Positions 38,783 through 54,735 of a DNA stretch of 64,000 nt are shown piece after piece. Positions within the stretch are counted from its first letter, which is position 1, and each line of letters opens with the position of its first letter. The notes under the pieces were generated by a model that saw only the letters and a program-made list of their open reading frames with translations, ran no database searches and had not been told where the DNA came from. A program made the translations under genes and the position numbers. The stretch lies in contig OX597842.1 in the NCBI GenBank assembly GCA_951406725.2, positions 23,746,001-23,810,000 of the forward strand, read 5' to 3'. The DNA is from Octopus vulgaris (taxonomy: Eukaryota).

Positions 38783-41700
38783 ATATATCACAATAATATT
38801 GATTTTTTTTTCTTTCTATGAATATGTTTGTGTGAAGTTGGATCACTATTCTCAAAGAATAATTTAATGTTAATCTTTCTTTCATCTGTGATCTTACTTA
38901 ATACCTAAATCAACAGGTGAAAACTGTCAGGTCCTTCGTAAAGTTATCCAAACTTGTAAAGCAATCACCTCCTCTACATTCCAGACAGTGAAGACAAGAA
39001 ATGTATTTCGCTGTTGTTTGTCATAAATTATATTTATATAGAAACGTTGATGTATAGATGAATGCTCCTCATAAATATATCGTCTTCCTTTAGTTGATGA
39101 AAGTTGATACAAATATCAAAGGCACATCTGAACGAAGTAATTCCTTTTATGTCAACATGATGTGATATTCTGAAATAGAAAAAGAAACAGTAAGATAAAG
39201 AGGATAGTTAAGTGACATAGTAATTCAACATTATAAATATTACAACATGAACACTGTCAGCCATTTAATGTCAATGTTTACAGGGGTCAGAGTTCATTGA
39301 GGCGTTGAAACATTGGTATACCCACACAAGTTTACTACACACTTCACCTCTACCTTTCAGAAAAATGTTTGATTTAAGACTTCATGTTGCCGACCGGAAT
39401 TCCCATTTCTGGACCAGCTCGCTAGCTAGCCAGCAGTGAAGTTCCCTGTCTTCATGTTGTCTACGATGAGCCCATGGGCAGTGCCCTACACATTAGGATC
39501 GTTTCGCTTTGACTGGCAGATTTTTAAAATAATTTCTATGTAACTAAACACTTTTAAACTTCGTATACTGGTAGAATGTGTTTATAAAACATCTTTTTCT
39601 CTTGGCTTTCTGGAGAAAATTCTGTAGTTTGTAACATATTTGTTGTTTAATTTCTTGCATTTCAGCAATTTCAACCAATCAATGACGTCTATTGAGGTGA
39701 AAACGATTTATAGGAGGCGTCATATGAAAATGTCCCAGTTTTTTTATTAGAAAAAGATACCCTGTGGCCATAAACTGAGGGGTCACTCGTAAACAGAGCT
39801 GGATAACAAAACCGTTCCCTCTTTAGTGTCCACCCATAATTATGACCCTAGTATCGATCTATTGCATTTCAATATTTTTTAGGGTTAGGGTTGGGGGCAA
39901 AGGTATCTTTTTTTCTTCAGAAATCTAAATAAACCCAATCTGTTTCTTAAACGAATATATAATATGTAACAGGGACATTTTCATATAACGCCGCCATAAA
40001 ATGTTACGGCAGAAATCGTTTTCACCTCAATAAACCTCATTGATTGGTTGAAATTGCCAAAATGCAAGAAATTAAACAACAAATATGTTACAAACTACAG
40101 AATTTTCTCAAGAAAGCCAAGAGAAAAAGGTGTTTTATAAACACATTCTACCAGTATACGAAGTTTAAAATTTTATAGTTACATAGAAATTATTATAAAA
40201 AAGTGAAAAGATCGCATCATTACTCTCAAACTTCAAATCACATCAAGGTCCCTTTTCATCATTTCCAGGTAGAAAAAATAAGAAGCAATCAAATACTAGG
40301 GTCCATGTAATTCACTTATGCCCTCCCGCCAATTTTCAGGTCAAAAGCACAAATGATTATTGTTTTAATTATCAAAAGATTACTATTATCATCATCATCA
40401 TTATTATTTTCTTCACACGGAATGGAATGAAATACAAAGCCAACCTCGGCGGAAAGTCCTGAGTTCAAATACGGATGAGATCGACTTTTTCTTTCATCTG
40501 TTTCGGGAAAAAACCGGGACCCATGCAATCGACTTGTCGCTCGTATTAAAGATTGCTGACCCTGGGCCAGTTTTGAAATCATCATCATCATTACTATTAT
40601 TAATATAACATTACATTAAATCTTTATCAACTTACCGTTTTATCAATGCCTCATTAACAACGGGAGAACGTTAATTAATGTGGTATTCTTCAACCGTTCT
40701 CCTCACCTTTTACTAATTAATTATGCCACGTTACATTCATTTTTATCAACTAATTTACTTTATATCACATGTAACAGTTGATAATAGGTTTTCCTAAACA
40801 ACAGATCAACATTTCAGTTTGGAAATTATTAATTAAGACGAGAAAATATATTTTCCTAATTATTGTCAGCTTCCCGCTTCGAAAAATATTTACTGTAACA
40901 TCGAGAGGTAAACAGAATTCTATTATTCACATTAGTATTATTATTAGTAGTAGTAGTAGTATCACCTTTACAGCCTTAAAGGAAATCTTTATCAACTTAC
41001 CGTATTCACAAATAAACAGCGACTCAGTGATCAGTAATTAAGCACCTTAATTAATAATTGAAAAGAATCGAGGTTGAGGTGGTGAAGAAGTTGTTTCCCT
41101 TGATAAAATTGTATTTCCTTAATTCTCCAATAGAGAGTGCTACTGACTTGTTGGATTAGTTCCGGGGTTTTTTTTTAACTTTGTCCCATTCTGTCAATAA
41201 CTTCATTTTCAAGTTCTTTTAAAATTCTCACCAGATTATTTTAAGGTGTACTTGTATATTCTACCCTATGACCGTTTCCAGCACACAACTACATCGCGTC
41301 GCAGACCTGGAAGAAAGAGGCCGTCTTTAACCTGTAACGTCATGTCCCACTTAATGTTCTTTCCTGTCGCCAACCCTTCTCCTTTCCCGCAATACACAGA
41401 CTTCAACTTTATATATATATATAATTCTCATTTTATTTGGTTTTTGCATCTCTCTTCCCTTGCCTACACACTCTAAGGCCACGAAGTTGGTCTGCTTGGT
41501 GGGAGGCGATTTAGTCTACTCTACTGCAGATCACACAACTTCGCCACCACAAATATAAATATCTTCATTGTTTAATTCCTGAGCCAATGTCAAGTTATCT
41601 ATTTAATAGTTTCTCCCATTTTCCGAAGTCTCTGGTCAAATAACTTTTCAACCATCACACGAATTTCAGTACCAGAGGAACTGTTTTGACTGCCCAGCCA

Positions 41701-43199
41701 CAATGTGTTAAACAATTTTCTTTGTCTTCGTATCATTTGTACATATATATATATATTTGTATATTCGACTGAGGTCTGGCAAACCAGACTCCAATCTCAT
41801 CTGGCAGGTTGGTGTTAGGAAGGGCATCCAGCTGTAGAAACTCTGCCAGGTCAGATTAAAGTCTGGTTTGCCAGACCTCAGTCAAATCGTCCAACCCATG
41901 CTAGCATGGAAAGCGGACGTTAAATGATGATGATGATTTGGTAGATTAACGGTAATGAAAAATTTTCCATGAATACATTTCTGATGAGGTAGATTACGAT
42001 GATAATACTTTTTAGATCGTTTAGATTACGATTATATACGAATTTGTTGTCACAATTTTTTTTGGAGAAGTTGGAGTCCAGAAGAATTTGGGTAAATTTT
42101 GATATTTTCACCCACAAGATTTTCATAAAGACAAACAAAAAAACTCAGATTTTTTGCATGGAATCAAGTACCCTGACCTTGCAATGCGCTGTAAACTCTT
42201 TATTTTTGCTTGGAAAACGTGAGGCGCCCTCCACCTCAGTATCATTGGAAATATATATTTTTTTCAGTGGATGCTGATGATAATGATGGTATACATATAC
42301 ACACACATACATATATGTGTGTGCATACGTACATATATATTTGAAGCAAACAGCATAAACTGTGAACAGGTTAGCATTAGGAGAATACACCCAAAGAAAC
42401 CCAAACAAATCAGATTGGAACCTAGTGCAGCATTATGGTTTGCCAGCTCATGTCACACTGTGCCACCCATGCCAGTAGAAAAAAAAAATTCACTAAAGGC
42501 TGATGATGATAACAGCGACAATGATGAAAACACATAGACAAAATAAACTTCAGTGTAACCTTTTATTCGTTATTCCCATTTCTTTATTCTCTCAAAACAA
42601 ATTGCTCAAAAATCCAGAGCAATCATCTTCAGAAATCAAAGGCATTGTTGATATACTTCCATATATATACATGACATTCATGAATTTGATGTTGACATTA
42701 TTGAAAATGAAGTCGATAACATCATATTTGAAGAGATAAAAATAGCCCTGTCTTTCAGCAGAAAAAAATAGCCACAATTGTTGTAGTAGATTATTAATAC
42801 TGAATGGTTGCACTTTTGTGTGAATACTCACGTGTACATAAATGGCGTTTTTGAGAGAAAGATTTACCATAGATATCACAGTGATATTGTTTTTCCCCAG
42901 TATGAATATGCTTATAATTAGTGAAGTCACCATTGTATGAGAATGATTTACCACATATATCACAATGATATGGTTTTTCTTGCACTGGTGTTTAATTAGG
43001 ACACTTCTTCTAGAGAATGAATTACCACAGATATCACAATGATATGGTTTCTATCCTGCACTGGTGTTTAGTTAGGACATCTCTTTCAGAGAATGATTTA
43101 CCACAGATATCACAATGATATGGCTTCTATCCTGCACTGGTGTTTAGTTAGGACACCTCTTTCAGAGAATGATTTACCACAAATATAACAATATGGTTT

Positions 43200-44979
<1,780 letters not shown>

Positions 44980-47529
44980 CTAAATCAACAGGTGAAAACT
45001 GTCAACTCGTTTGTAAAGTTATCCAAACTTGTAAAGCAAACACCTCCTCTACATTCCAGACAGTGAAGACAAGAAAAATATTTTGCTGTTGTTTGTCATA
45101 GATTATATTTATATGGAAACGTTGATGTATAGATGAATGCTCCTTATAAATATATCGTCTTCCTTTAGTTGATGAAAGTTAATACAAATATCAGAGGCAC
45201 ATCTGAACGAAGTAATTCCTTTTATGTCAACAAGATGTGATATTCTGAAATAGAAAAAGAAACAGTAAGATAAAGAGGATAGTTAAGTGACATAGTAATT
45301 CAACATTATAAATATTACACAGGGGTCAGAGTTCATTGAGGTGTTGAAACATTGGTATACCTACACAAGTTTACTACACACTTCACCTCTACCTTTCAGA
45401 AAAATGTTTGATTTAAGACTTCATGTTGCTGACCGGAATTCCCATTTCTGGACCAGCTCGCTAGCTATCCAGCAGTGAAGGTCCCGGTCTTCATGTTGTC
45501 TATGATGAGCCCATGGGCAGTACCCTACACATTAGGATCGTTTTGCTTTGACTGGCAGATTTTAAAAATAATTTCCACGTAACTAAACACTTTTAAACTT
45601 CGTATACTGGTAGAATGTGTTTATAAAGCATCTTTTTCTCTTGGCTTTCTTGAGAAAATTCTGTAGTTTGTAACATATTTGTTGTTTAATTTCTTGCATT
45701 TCGGCAATTTCAACCAATCAATGACGTCTACTGAGGTGAAAACGATTTCTGCTGTAACATTTATAGGAGGCGTCATATGAAAATGTCCCTGTTTTTTATG
45801 AGAAAAAAGATACCCTATGGTTATAAACTGAGGGTTCACTCGTAAACAGAGCTGGATAACAAAACCGTTCCCTTTTTAGTGTCCACCCATAATTATGACC
45901 CTAGTATCGATCTATTGCATTTCAATTTGTTTTAGGGTTAGGGTTGGGGGCAAAGGTATCTTTTTTTCTTCAGAAATCTAAATAAACCCAATCTGTTTCT
46001 TAAACGAATATATAATATGTAACGGACATTTTCTTACAACGCCGCCAGAAAATGTTACGGCAGAAATCGTTTTCACCTCAATAGACCTCATTGATTGGTT
46101 GAAATTGCCAAAATGCAAGAAATTAAACAACAAATATGTTACAAACTACAGAATTTTCTCAACAAAGCCAAGAGAAAAAGATGTTTTATAAACACATTCT
46201 ACCAGTATACGAAGTTTAAAATTTTTTTAGTTGCATAGAAATTACTTTAAAAATCTGCCGGTCAAAGTGAAAAGATCGCATCATTACTCTCAAAGTTCAA
46301 ATCACATCAAGGTCGCCTTTCATCATTTCCAGTTAGAAAAATTAAGAAGCAATCAAGTACTAGGGTATATGTAATTCACTTATGCCCTCCCGCCAATTTT
46401 CAGGTCAAAAGCACAAATGATTATTGTTTTAATTATCAAAAGATTACTATCATCATCATCATCATTATTATTTTCTTCACACGGAATGGAATGAAACACA
46501 AAGCCAACCTCGGCGGAAAGTCCTGAGTTCAAATACGGATAAGATCGACTTTGTCTTTCATCTCTTTCGCGAAAAAACCGGGACCCATGCAATCGACTTA
46601 TCGCTCGTATTAAACATTGCTGACCCTGGGCCAGTTTTGAAATCATCATCATCATTACTATTATTAATATAACATTAGAGTAAATCTTTATCAACTTACC
46701 GTTTTATCAATGCCTCATAAACAACAGGATAACATATATTAATGTGGAATTCTTCAATCGGACTCCTCACATTTTACTAATTAATTACGCTGTTTTATTC
46801 TCACTTTACCAATTAATTTCAGTTCTATCACAAGTAACAGTCGGTCATAGTATTTTATAAACAACAAATCAACATTTCAGGTTCAAAGTTATTAATTAAG
46901 TCAAAGAAATATATTTTCCTAATTATTGTCAGGTTCCCGCTTCGAAAAATTATTACTGTAACATCGAGAGGTTCACATAATTCTATTATTTACATTATAA
47001 TCAGTAGTATTAACACCATTATAGCCTTCAAGTAAATATTTCTCAACTTACCGTATCCAGATATGATCGCTAATTAAGCACCTTAATTAATGTTTAACTC
47101 GGAGCTCGTAAAACAAGTTTTGTAGAAGTTACTTCCCTTCATATGATTGTATTTCTTTAATTCTCCACTAGATGGCTTCACTGACTGGTTGTTTTCGTTC
47201 CAGTGATTTTCTGTCAACCACTTCGCCTTCAAGAATTTTTCAAATTTACACCAGATTATTTTGACAAAGAGTACTCAGGCGATCCTTCAGTATAGGTGCA
47301 TACGTGACTTTGTTTACATTTCTGAAGATAACAGAAACCCTTTTCTCCCACTCCTACCCTAACCCCCCATATATAAAAAAAAAACACTTTCTTGAAATGT
47401 ATCCGGTACTTCCGGTATTTACACCGGTACTTATACCGAAGTTACGCCGAGTACTCATGTATTCTGCTCCATGACCATTTTCAGTACACAACTTGACCTC
47501 GTCACAGATACCGTGAGAAGGAATCTGTC

Positions 47530-47590
47530 TTCAACGTGTGACCACTTGACGTGCCATCGCACTTCCGGTCCCTTTTGACGTCGTTTCCTC
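47530..47590 (-). promoter_or_regulatory. putative ZNF core promoter motifs (ETS accggaagtg, two TGACGT CRE-like sites)
   Basis: cacttgacgtgccatcgcacttccggtcccttttgacgtcg lies upstream of the unit 5 donors. Motif-level evidence only. Confidence 0.35.
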
Positions 47591-47953
47591 TGTCATTCCC
47601 CCACACTCGAAACTGATCCAAAGCATTCTGCTTCTCTAGACCGTTTCATAATCGTCCATTCTGTGGTGGGAGGGGCGACATTCCCTTTGATATCTCCTTC
47701 AGGTCATCGAAAGTGTTACTCACCCTTCGAACATATGACGCTGCCTTCCACCCATTGATACATGGGAGTACTGATCGGGGTCATTCTTACTATTTCTCAC
47801 TGTATAGCTTTCTTAAGCTATACACAAAAATAATCAGGAGAAAAGGTTTGTTTGTGTGTTGTTTACTTCTTTTCAATCAGCTATACACTGTAAAGACAAA
47901 TACCATCAGTAATTTAAACAAGGGGTTTTACCACCATATTTTAACTATGGACC

Positions 47954-49255
47954 TGTAGTGACGCTATCCAACAGCGCGCGCGCACGCAACGCCACTTCAG
48001 TTCGCGTGTGCGGGGTTTGGAGCTTTCTGGGCATGCTTATGTTTAGGCATAATTGCCCTCTGTTAGACCCCTGTTGGTCACGTAATTAACAGAAGAAATT
48101 ATCTGTCTCGCGCATCACTCCAGCATGCTTACACTGTCGCCCTTGCTAATCTTACTCTTTCAGCTGAAGCACTGTCTGCCTTTTGAGTTACTAGCGATCT
48201 ATCTGTCAATTCCATTTCCTCTCGTGCAGCAATTGAGTTGACTGCTGTTTCGCAGGATCAACCATCTTTAGCGAAGTTGGATTTAACTTCACCCAACTTT
48301 ATCAATTGTAAATTTGCCTACCGTCCACTCCCTTCAGCAGAAGGCTCTATTCTTTGTGATGTATTCCACCGGTTCTCCTAGACCGTTAGTACCTGAGAAA
48401 CATCAACGTTCTGTTTTTGATGCTCTTCATTCATTGTCACATCTGGGTATCTCTGCCACAGTTCTTTTGGCCCAATATGCGACGATCGATTACCTCTTAG
48501 GCACTCTCTTGTTTGAAGTTCCAGAGTGCTAAAGCCCATAGACACTTTTGTGCTCCACTTGGACAGTTTTCTTCTCCTGAGGCCCGTTTTCGCCATGTTC
48601 ACCTTGATTTGGTTGGACCATGGCCTGTGAGTAATGGGTTCTCATATATTTTATTTTTTATCGATCATTTCTCACGTTTGGCCGCAAGCTATTCCCATTT
48701 ACACATGCACCTTTGACATTCTCAATTGTGACAGTTACAATATTTATTGAACTTTGTTCATTTGAGCATTTTTCACTTTTTCCTTTTGGTGCATGTCTTG
48801 TTTATATTGTAAATTCTGCCATTTTGTCATATTGTGTGCTATTTTGGTTATCTGGTATCCACCTTGAGTTTTAAAGTCACTACAAGGAATTTTGTTTCGT
48901 GCGTACGCACTTGTGGGGGAGCCCATGTAGTGACGCTATACAACAGCGCGCGCACGTGCGCAACGCCACTTCAGTTCGCGTGTGTGGGGTTTGGAGCTTT
49001 CTGGGGAGGCGGAAGGGAAGTGTCCTCTCGCGCATGTGCGAAGACTGGAAGAAGGGAATGATGATGTGGCGTTCCCCTAAAAAGGGTACAGGGAGACGCA
49101 TAGCAGCAGTGAGCAGAATGACTTGAGGCACAGCTATCGAAGAGAAAGGACGTATTTTCTTCGCTCCCTAAGGACGCCATATTTGACCAGCTCTGTTACA
49201 AGCGTTAAAGTTTCAGCCTTGCCACATCCATACCAAGCAACCAATTCCCGTTACA
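47954..49255 (+). mobile_element. Ty3/Gypsy LTR retrotransposon, internally deleted
   Basis: The 5' LTR starts tgtagtgacgc at 47954 (truncated after ~77 bp). The 3' LTR is 48926-49255 (TG..CA), preceded by a G-rich tract ggggga. 4-bp TSD gacc. Integrase fragments RPLVP..VFDALHSLSH and RFRHVHLDLVGP..IDHFSR. Confidence 0.9.
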
Positions 49256-50487
49256 GACCCCTTTGAGTAGTATTCTATTCTGGTGGACACCCATAGCCAT
49301 TTGATGTTTAAAAACTAGTTTCATACTTACTTTCAAAATTCCTATTTAGCATTTCACAAATTAACAGATGTAGGTTCCCTAAAATGTGTAAAATGTTAGA
49401 GAAAGAAACCAAATTGTATCTGGCAATACATACCAATACACAACATCTAAAGCAAAACTTTTATGAAGGCTCTTAAGATACAATTATGCTTTCCCATTTG
49501 TCTAGAGCCAGAAATATTACACCATGGAAGTGGATTCAGGCAACGACTTTCCCAACATGTCAAATCAAACTCTAGAGATTTTACTGATTGCTTCAGCTAA
49601 TCCTTATACCTAAGGACAGGTCTTCCTCTGCCATGATATCCCTCCATTTTTTGGCCATAAAGAAGAATTTTTTTTAATGCAGCCATTTTTCATTTGAAAA
49701 ACATGTCCTAACCATCTGCACTGAATTCTCATCAACACGCTTTGGATGCTGGACATACCACATATTTCTAAGGTTTTGACATTTGATGTCTTATCTTCCT
49801 ATTTTGTTGCACAAACAGCACATGTGAAAAGTTTCAATTTTTTTTTATTTCTCTGTAAAAGGGAGTTCATGCTTCTGCCCCAGACGTGAATACACTCAAA
49901 ATACGAGATTTGTATACACTTATTTTAGTCATCAGACTGTCACTGTGTTCACACACACACACATATCAAATTAAATACATAACCGAGAGAGCTACTACTA
50001 GTTTCATGCTGTTATGATACATAAACAGGCATATTTATAAAACACACCATGTATCTTAAGGGCATACAGCCAAAGAAAAGCAAGCCAAATCCGACTGGAA
50101 TCTGGAACAGCACTCTGGCTTGACAGCCCTTGTAACACTTTCCCACCTGATCCTGCATAGAAAAATTTAAAGGATGATGATGATGATGATGATGAAGAAA
50201 GCACAACAAAGACAAAATTAATGTCACTTAAAATTTTTATTCCTTTATTCTCTCATAACAAATTCCTCAAAAATTCAGCACAATCATCTTCAGAAATCAA
50301 AGTGACTGCTGTGTTGATATATTTAGATACATACATGATATTGAAGTTGGGGTTCGTTAATATTAAATTGTTAATGATGAAATTAAAGTTGATGAGGTCA
50401 AACTTGAATAGGAATAAATCCAGTCTTTTAACAGACAAAATATTCATAATTGTTGTCCTATTATAATAAATCTTGATACAGATACAG

Positions 50488-50697
<210 letters not shown>

Positions 50698-51788
50698 TTA
50701 CTCTGATCTTACTAATTAAGTATACCACAATACTCTCATTTTTCTAATTAATTTACTATATATCACATGTAACTATTGAGAATAGGTTTTCATAAACAAC
50801 AAATTAACATTTCACTTCGGAAATTATTTAAGACGAGCAAATACATTTCCCTATTGTTATGCCTTCCAAATAATTACTGTAACATCGAGAGGGTCACATA
50901 ATTCTATTACTTACATTATTATTATTATTATTATCATTACAGCCTTAAAGAAAATCTTTGTCAACTTACCGTATTCAGATACAAACGAGTCAGTGATCAG
51001 TAATTAAGCACCTTAATTAATAATTTAATTGGACGTCGCTTTAAGTGTTGTAAAAGTTATCTCCCTCTATATTATTGTATTTCCTCAATTCTCCCATAGA
51101 TGGCGCTTCCGACTGGAGGGGGTTTGTTGGCCCGGGCCTCTGCATTTTTTGTAGGCATTCTCTTTTCTGGATGACCTCTTGTCGTTTATCCGCAGTTACT
51201 CACAAGTTCTGTGCTGGTACGGCCATCACCTAATGGTCACCGACTGTAGAGGGATCCAGCATGAGACTTCCAGTAATATCCTTTACCTGTCTTATCACTT
51301 TCACTCTCCTTTTGATTTTCACAACTTGAAGCTCTGCCATATTGAATGAATAAATGTAAGTTGTCAGAAACCCCAAACAGAAATATTTGATTTGAGTGTT
51401 GAAGGCTTGTGTAGAACCAGCCACACATTTTGGAAGTGATGATAGCAAGAATATGCTCACAATACTAAAAACAACACAACTCAGGTTTTTTCTTTAAAGG
51501 TTTTCATCTCCTAGACAAGCCCCTATAAGCAAGCTGGAGAGCCTAGTCTACCTTATGAGTCAGGATTGTACTGAGAGTACAGCCCTGTTAAGGAGACCCT
51601 CACAACCAAAGACCTGGTTTATATAAGTTTCCCTCTCCTAAATAATATACCTTCACCAAGGTTAAGGAGTCTCATCTGCCCCCTAATATATGGAATTAAA
51701 TACCTTCACTTTATTTAATAAAAATAGAAGGTAAAATGGTATGTGCATCTACACATATTAATGGATGGCCGTTGACTACTCATGAGTA

Positions 51789-51827
<39 letters not shown>

Positions 51828-51830
<3 letters not shown>

Positions 51831-52328
51831 TGTGCAGGTGGCAAGTAAAGAAACACTGTTTTGACCCTGTGCTTGAGGAGATCCATTGAGTCAAGGACAC
51901 CAACAACAAAGATCAATGGAAACTGCAGTTGTGAAACCTGTGCTGGTGGCACAAAAAAGGCACCATCCGAACGTGGGCGATGCCAGCTCCACCCAGACTG
52001 GCTTCTGTGCCGGTGGCACGTAAAAAGCACCGTCTGAACGTGGCCGATGACAGCGCCACCTTGACTGGCTTCCATGCCAGTGGCACATAAAAAGCACCAA
52101 TCCGATCGTGGCCGTTGCCAGCCTTGCCTGGCACCTGTGCCGGTGGCACGTAAAAAGCACCCACTACACTCTCGGAGTAGTTGGCGTTAGGAAGGGCATC
52201 CAACTGTAGAAACACTGCCAGATCAGACTGGAGCCTGGTGCAGCCATCTGGCTTCCCAGGCCCCTGTTGAACCATCCAACCCATGCTAGCATGGAGAACG
52301 GGCGTTAAACGATGATGATGATGATGAT
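51828..52328 (+). mobile_element. RTE LINE 3' UTR with (GAT)n tail
   Basis: Reverse complement of ~6353-6700. Confidence 0.8.
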
Positions 52329-52349
52329 ATGTACATACATATATATATA

Positions 52350-53210
52350 CTATTATATGAAGAAAAATACAAACTGGGACAAGAACGTAAAACATTTAGA
52401 AGACGATACAAAAAACACGGACGGGACATTCGAAACCTTCAATCTTCAGTCAAGAACCGGATAATCCTAGCAATTTCGGCTGATTAATCTTGAGATTGCT
52501 CTGATCTGGCCAGCCCCAAAGGAAAATCTAAGCCAAGCGCATTAGATTCCTTGGAAGAAAGCCCCGAATGTATACAAAACAAGGACGGAAAACAGGACGA
52601 TGTCACACGAATAAAAATACAAAAATACGTAAAAACAATAATGATAATAATAATAACAACAAAAACAGGACATCACAGACAGGCGTCTTTTCGACAGGAC
52701 GAGTGAATTTTTGAGCTAGTGTTAGAAAAAAGCCTTAGGGCTAGAGAGAGAAAAAAATTTGTGTCTTGCCGCAACGGCTGCTGACCATGAAAAGGCTAGC
52801 AATCGGTCGGCTAGTCACGTGTGAGGAGAAGAGAGAAAGAAGGGGAACAAGGAACAAAGGAGGAGGAGAAGAGAAAGAGAGAGAAAGAAAGAGACGATCA
52901 AAGAGGAGTGCAAAGTGTGAAAGGCAGAGAAATGTAGGAGAGAGGGGAGAGAGACAGTGTTATAGAGTCGTACCAAGATAAGAATATGTACTTACATATT
53001 AGACCAAAAAAGGGGTACGGGCGCCGCTATATATATGTATATGTAAAAAAATACAAACTGGGACAGGAACACAAAATATTTAGAAGACGACACAAAAAAC
53101 ACGGACGGTGTCGTCTTCTAAATGTTTTACGCTCTTGTCCCAGTTTGTATTTTTCTACATATAATAATATATATAGCGGCGTCCGTACCCTCGTTGGCCT
53201 TATGTAAGTA

Positions 53211-53213
<3 letters not shown>
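52350..53213. mobile_element. Penelope-like repeat with a direct terminal repeat and a terminal inversion (hairpin 52984-53213)
   Basis: aaaaatacaaactgggaca..ttagaagacga occurs at ~52363 and ~53048 and inverted at ~53110-53155. The PLE assignment is an inference from architecture. Confidence 0.5.
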
Positions 53214-53244
<31 letters not shown>

Positions 53245-53321
53245 TACATATATATATATATATACACATACATACATATATATATATATATACACATACA
53301 TACATATATATATATATATAC

Positions 53322-53362
<41 letters not shown>
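53214..53362. repeat. (TA)n/(TACA)n compound microsatellite
   Basis: Seen directly. Smaller TA runs at ~51792, ~54900 and ~62875. Confidence 0.95.
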
Positions 53363-53364
<2 letters not shown>

Positions 53365-53946
53365 TGAGGGTCCAACTTGACCTTGCCTGAGATTTGAAAC
53401 CAAATCCACTGGCTTGTTGCTTGTCAAAACGAGCGGGATATCCACAACACTAGTTGATTGATGAGGAAACACTCCACATCCTACTGGTCAAGGAAAGGTC
53501 AGACCTTTGTTTAAGGTTTGACCTGCATTACTAAACATAGCCTATATAACAGAGAGAATTTTCTATCTCTTCCACTTATGTGTCAAGTAAACAAATAGAT
53601 ATATGTAAATAACACTTCTTCCATGTTCACTGGTTACTTTGACGCCAAAACCTTGAAGCGTTACGTCTATACGCTACATTTAGTTGTGGGCTATTTCATA
53701 TTAATTGATATGGCACATCACATCCAGTCCACTACATATATATATACACATATATATGTATACATAATACAAAATAAGAAAATGGATGAATAGATTCCTT
53801 TCAATCATCAACTTCCAGATAATAACAATTCATATGATTTATTAACTAATTAATTAAATAGGAACATCCAAACCCAACAGAATAAGACAGAATGAAACAA
53901 TATACATCAATGAGATAATACCATAAAAATAATACATGTAAAATGG

Positions 53947-54072
53947 ATCTTACAGCTGTTTCAGCCTATAGATAAGTGTATCTCATTATGCCCATATTAG
54001 TCAGATGTATTGAGATAATATGCAGTTAAAAATGAGTTACTTATATATATATCTCAAGGCCTCGTCAGAGAT
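53947..54072 (-). ncRNA. type I hammerhead ribozyme motif with extended stem II
   Basis: AUCU-CUGACGA-GGCCU-[89 nt]-AGGCU-GAAA-CAGCUG-UA-AGAU. It has the full core, a 4-bp stem I, a palindromic minimal stem III and a GUA cleavage triplet. Confidence 0.75.
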
Positions 54073-54155
54073 TATAAAGTACAATTATGAGGATATAAAA
54101 TGAAGATATAAAATGCAAACATGCATATATATATATATATGTATGTAAACATAAA

Positions 54156-54350
54156 GGCGGCGAGCTGGCCGAAATTTGTAGCTGTATTTTGTCTGCAGTT
54201 ACGTTCTGGGTTCAAATTCCGCCTAGGTCGACTTTGCCTTTCATCCTTTCACGGGTGTTAAATTAAGTACCAGTTACAAACTGAGGTCGATCTAATCAAC
54301 TTAATCCATTTGTCTGTCCTTGTTTGTCCCCTCTGTGTTTAGTAAAGAAA
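54156..54350 (+). mobile_element. SINE family C (Nin/Deu-domain-like)
   Basis: ggttcaaattcc B-box followed by gtcgactttgcctttcatcctttc. Confidence 0.8.
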
Positions 54351-54373
54351 TATATATATATATATACACACAT

Positions 54374-54735
54374 TCTCTTTTACATGTTTCAGTCATTTGA
54401 CTGCGGCCATGCCGGAGCACTGCCTTTAGTCGAGCAAATCGACCCCAGGACTCATTCTTTGTAAGCCTAGTACTTATTCTATCGGTCTCTTTTACCAAAC
54501 CTTTTAGTTACACAGACGTAAACACACTAGCATCGGTTGTCAAACACAGACACATAAACACACATATACATATATACAACAGGCTTCTTTCAGTTTCTGT
54601 CAACCTAATCCACTCACAAGGCTTTGGTCAGCCCGAGGCTATAGTAGAATACACTTGCCCAAGGTGTCACACAGTGGGAATGAACCCAGAACCATGTGGT
54701 TGGTAAGCAAGCAACTTACCACACAGCCACTCCTG
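54374..54735 (-). mobile_element. SINE family A
   Basis: Reverse complement of the 63328-63727 copy. Confidence 0.8.

Noticed and set aside
52425-52500. Hammerhead on the - strand (ctgaaga...cgaa)
   Set aside because: There is no GAAA with compatible stems I-III.
53027-53472. YI-rich ORFs
   Set aside because: These are translations of TA microsatellites.
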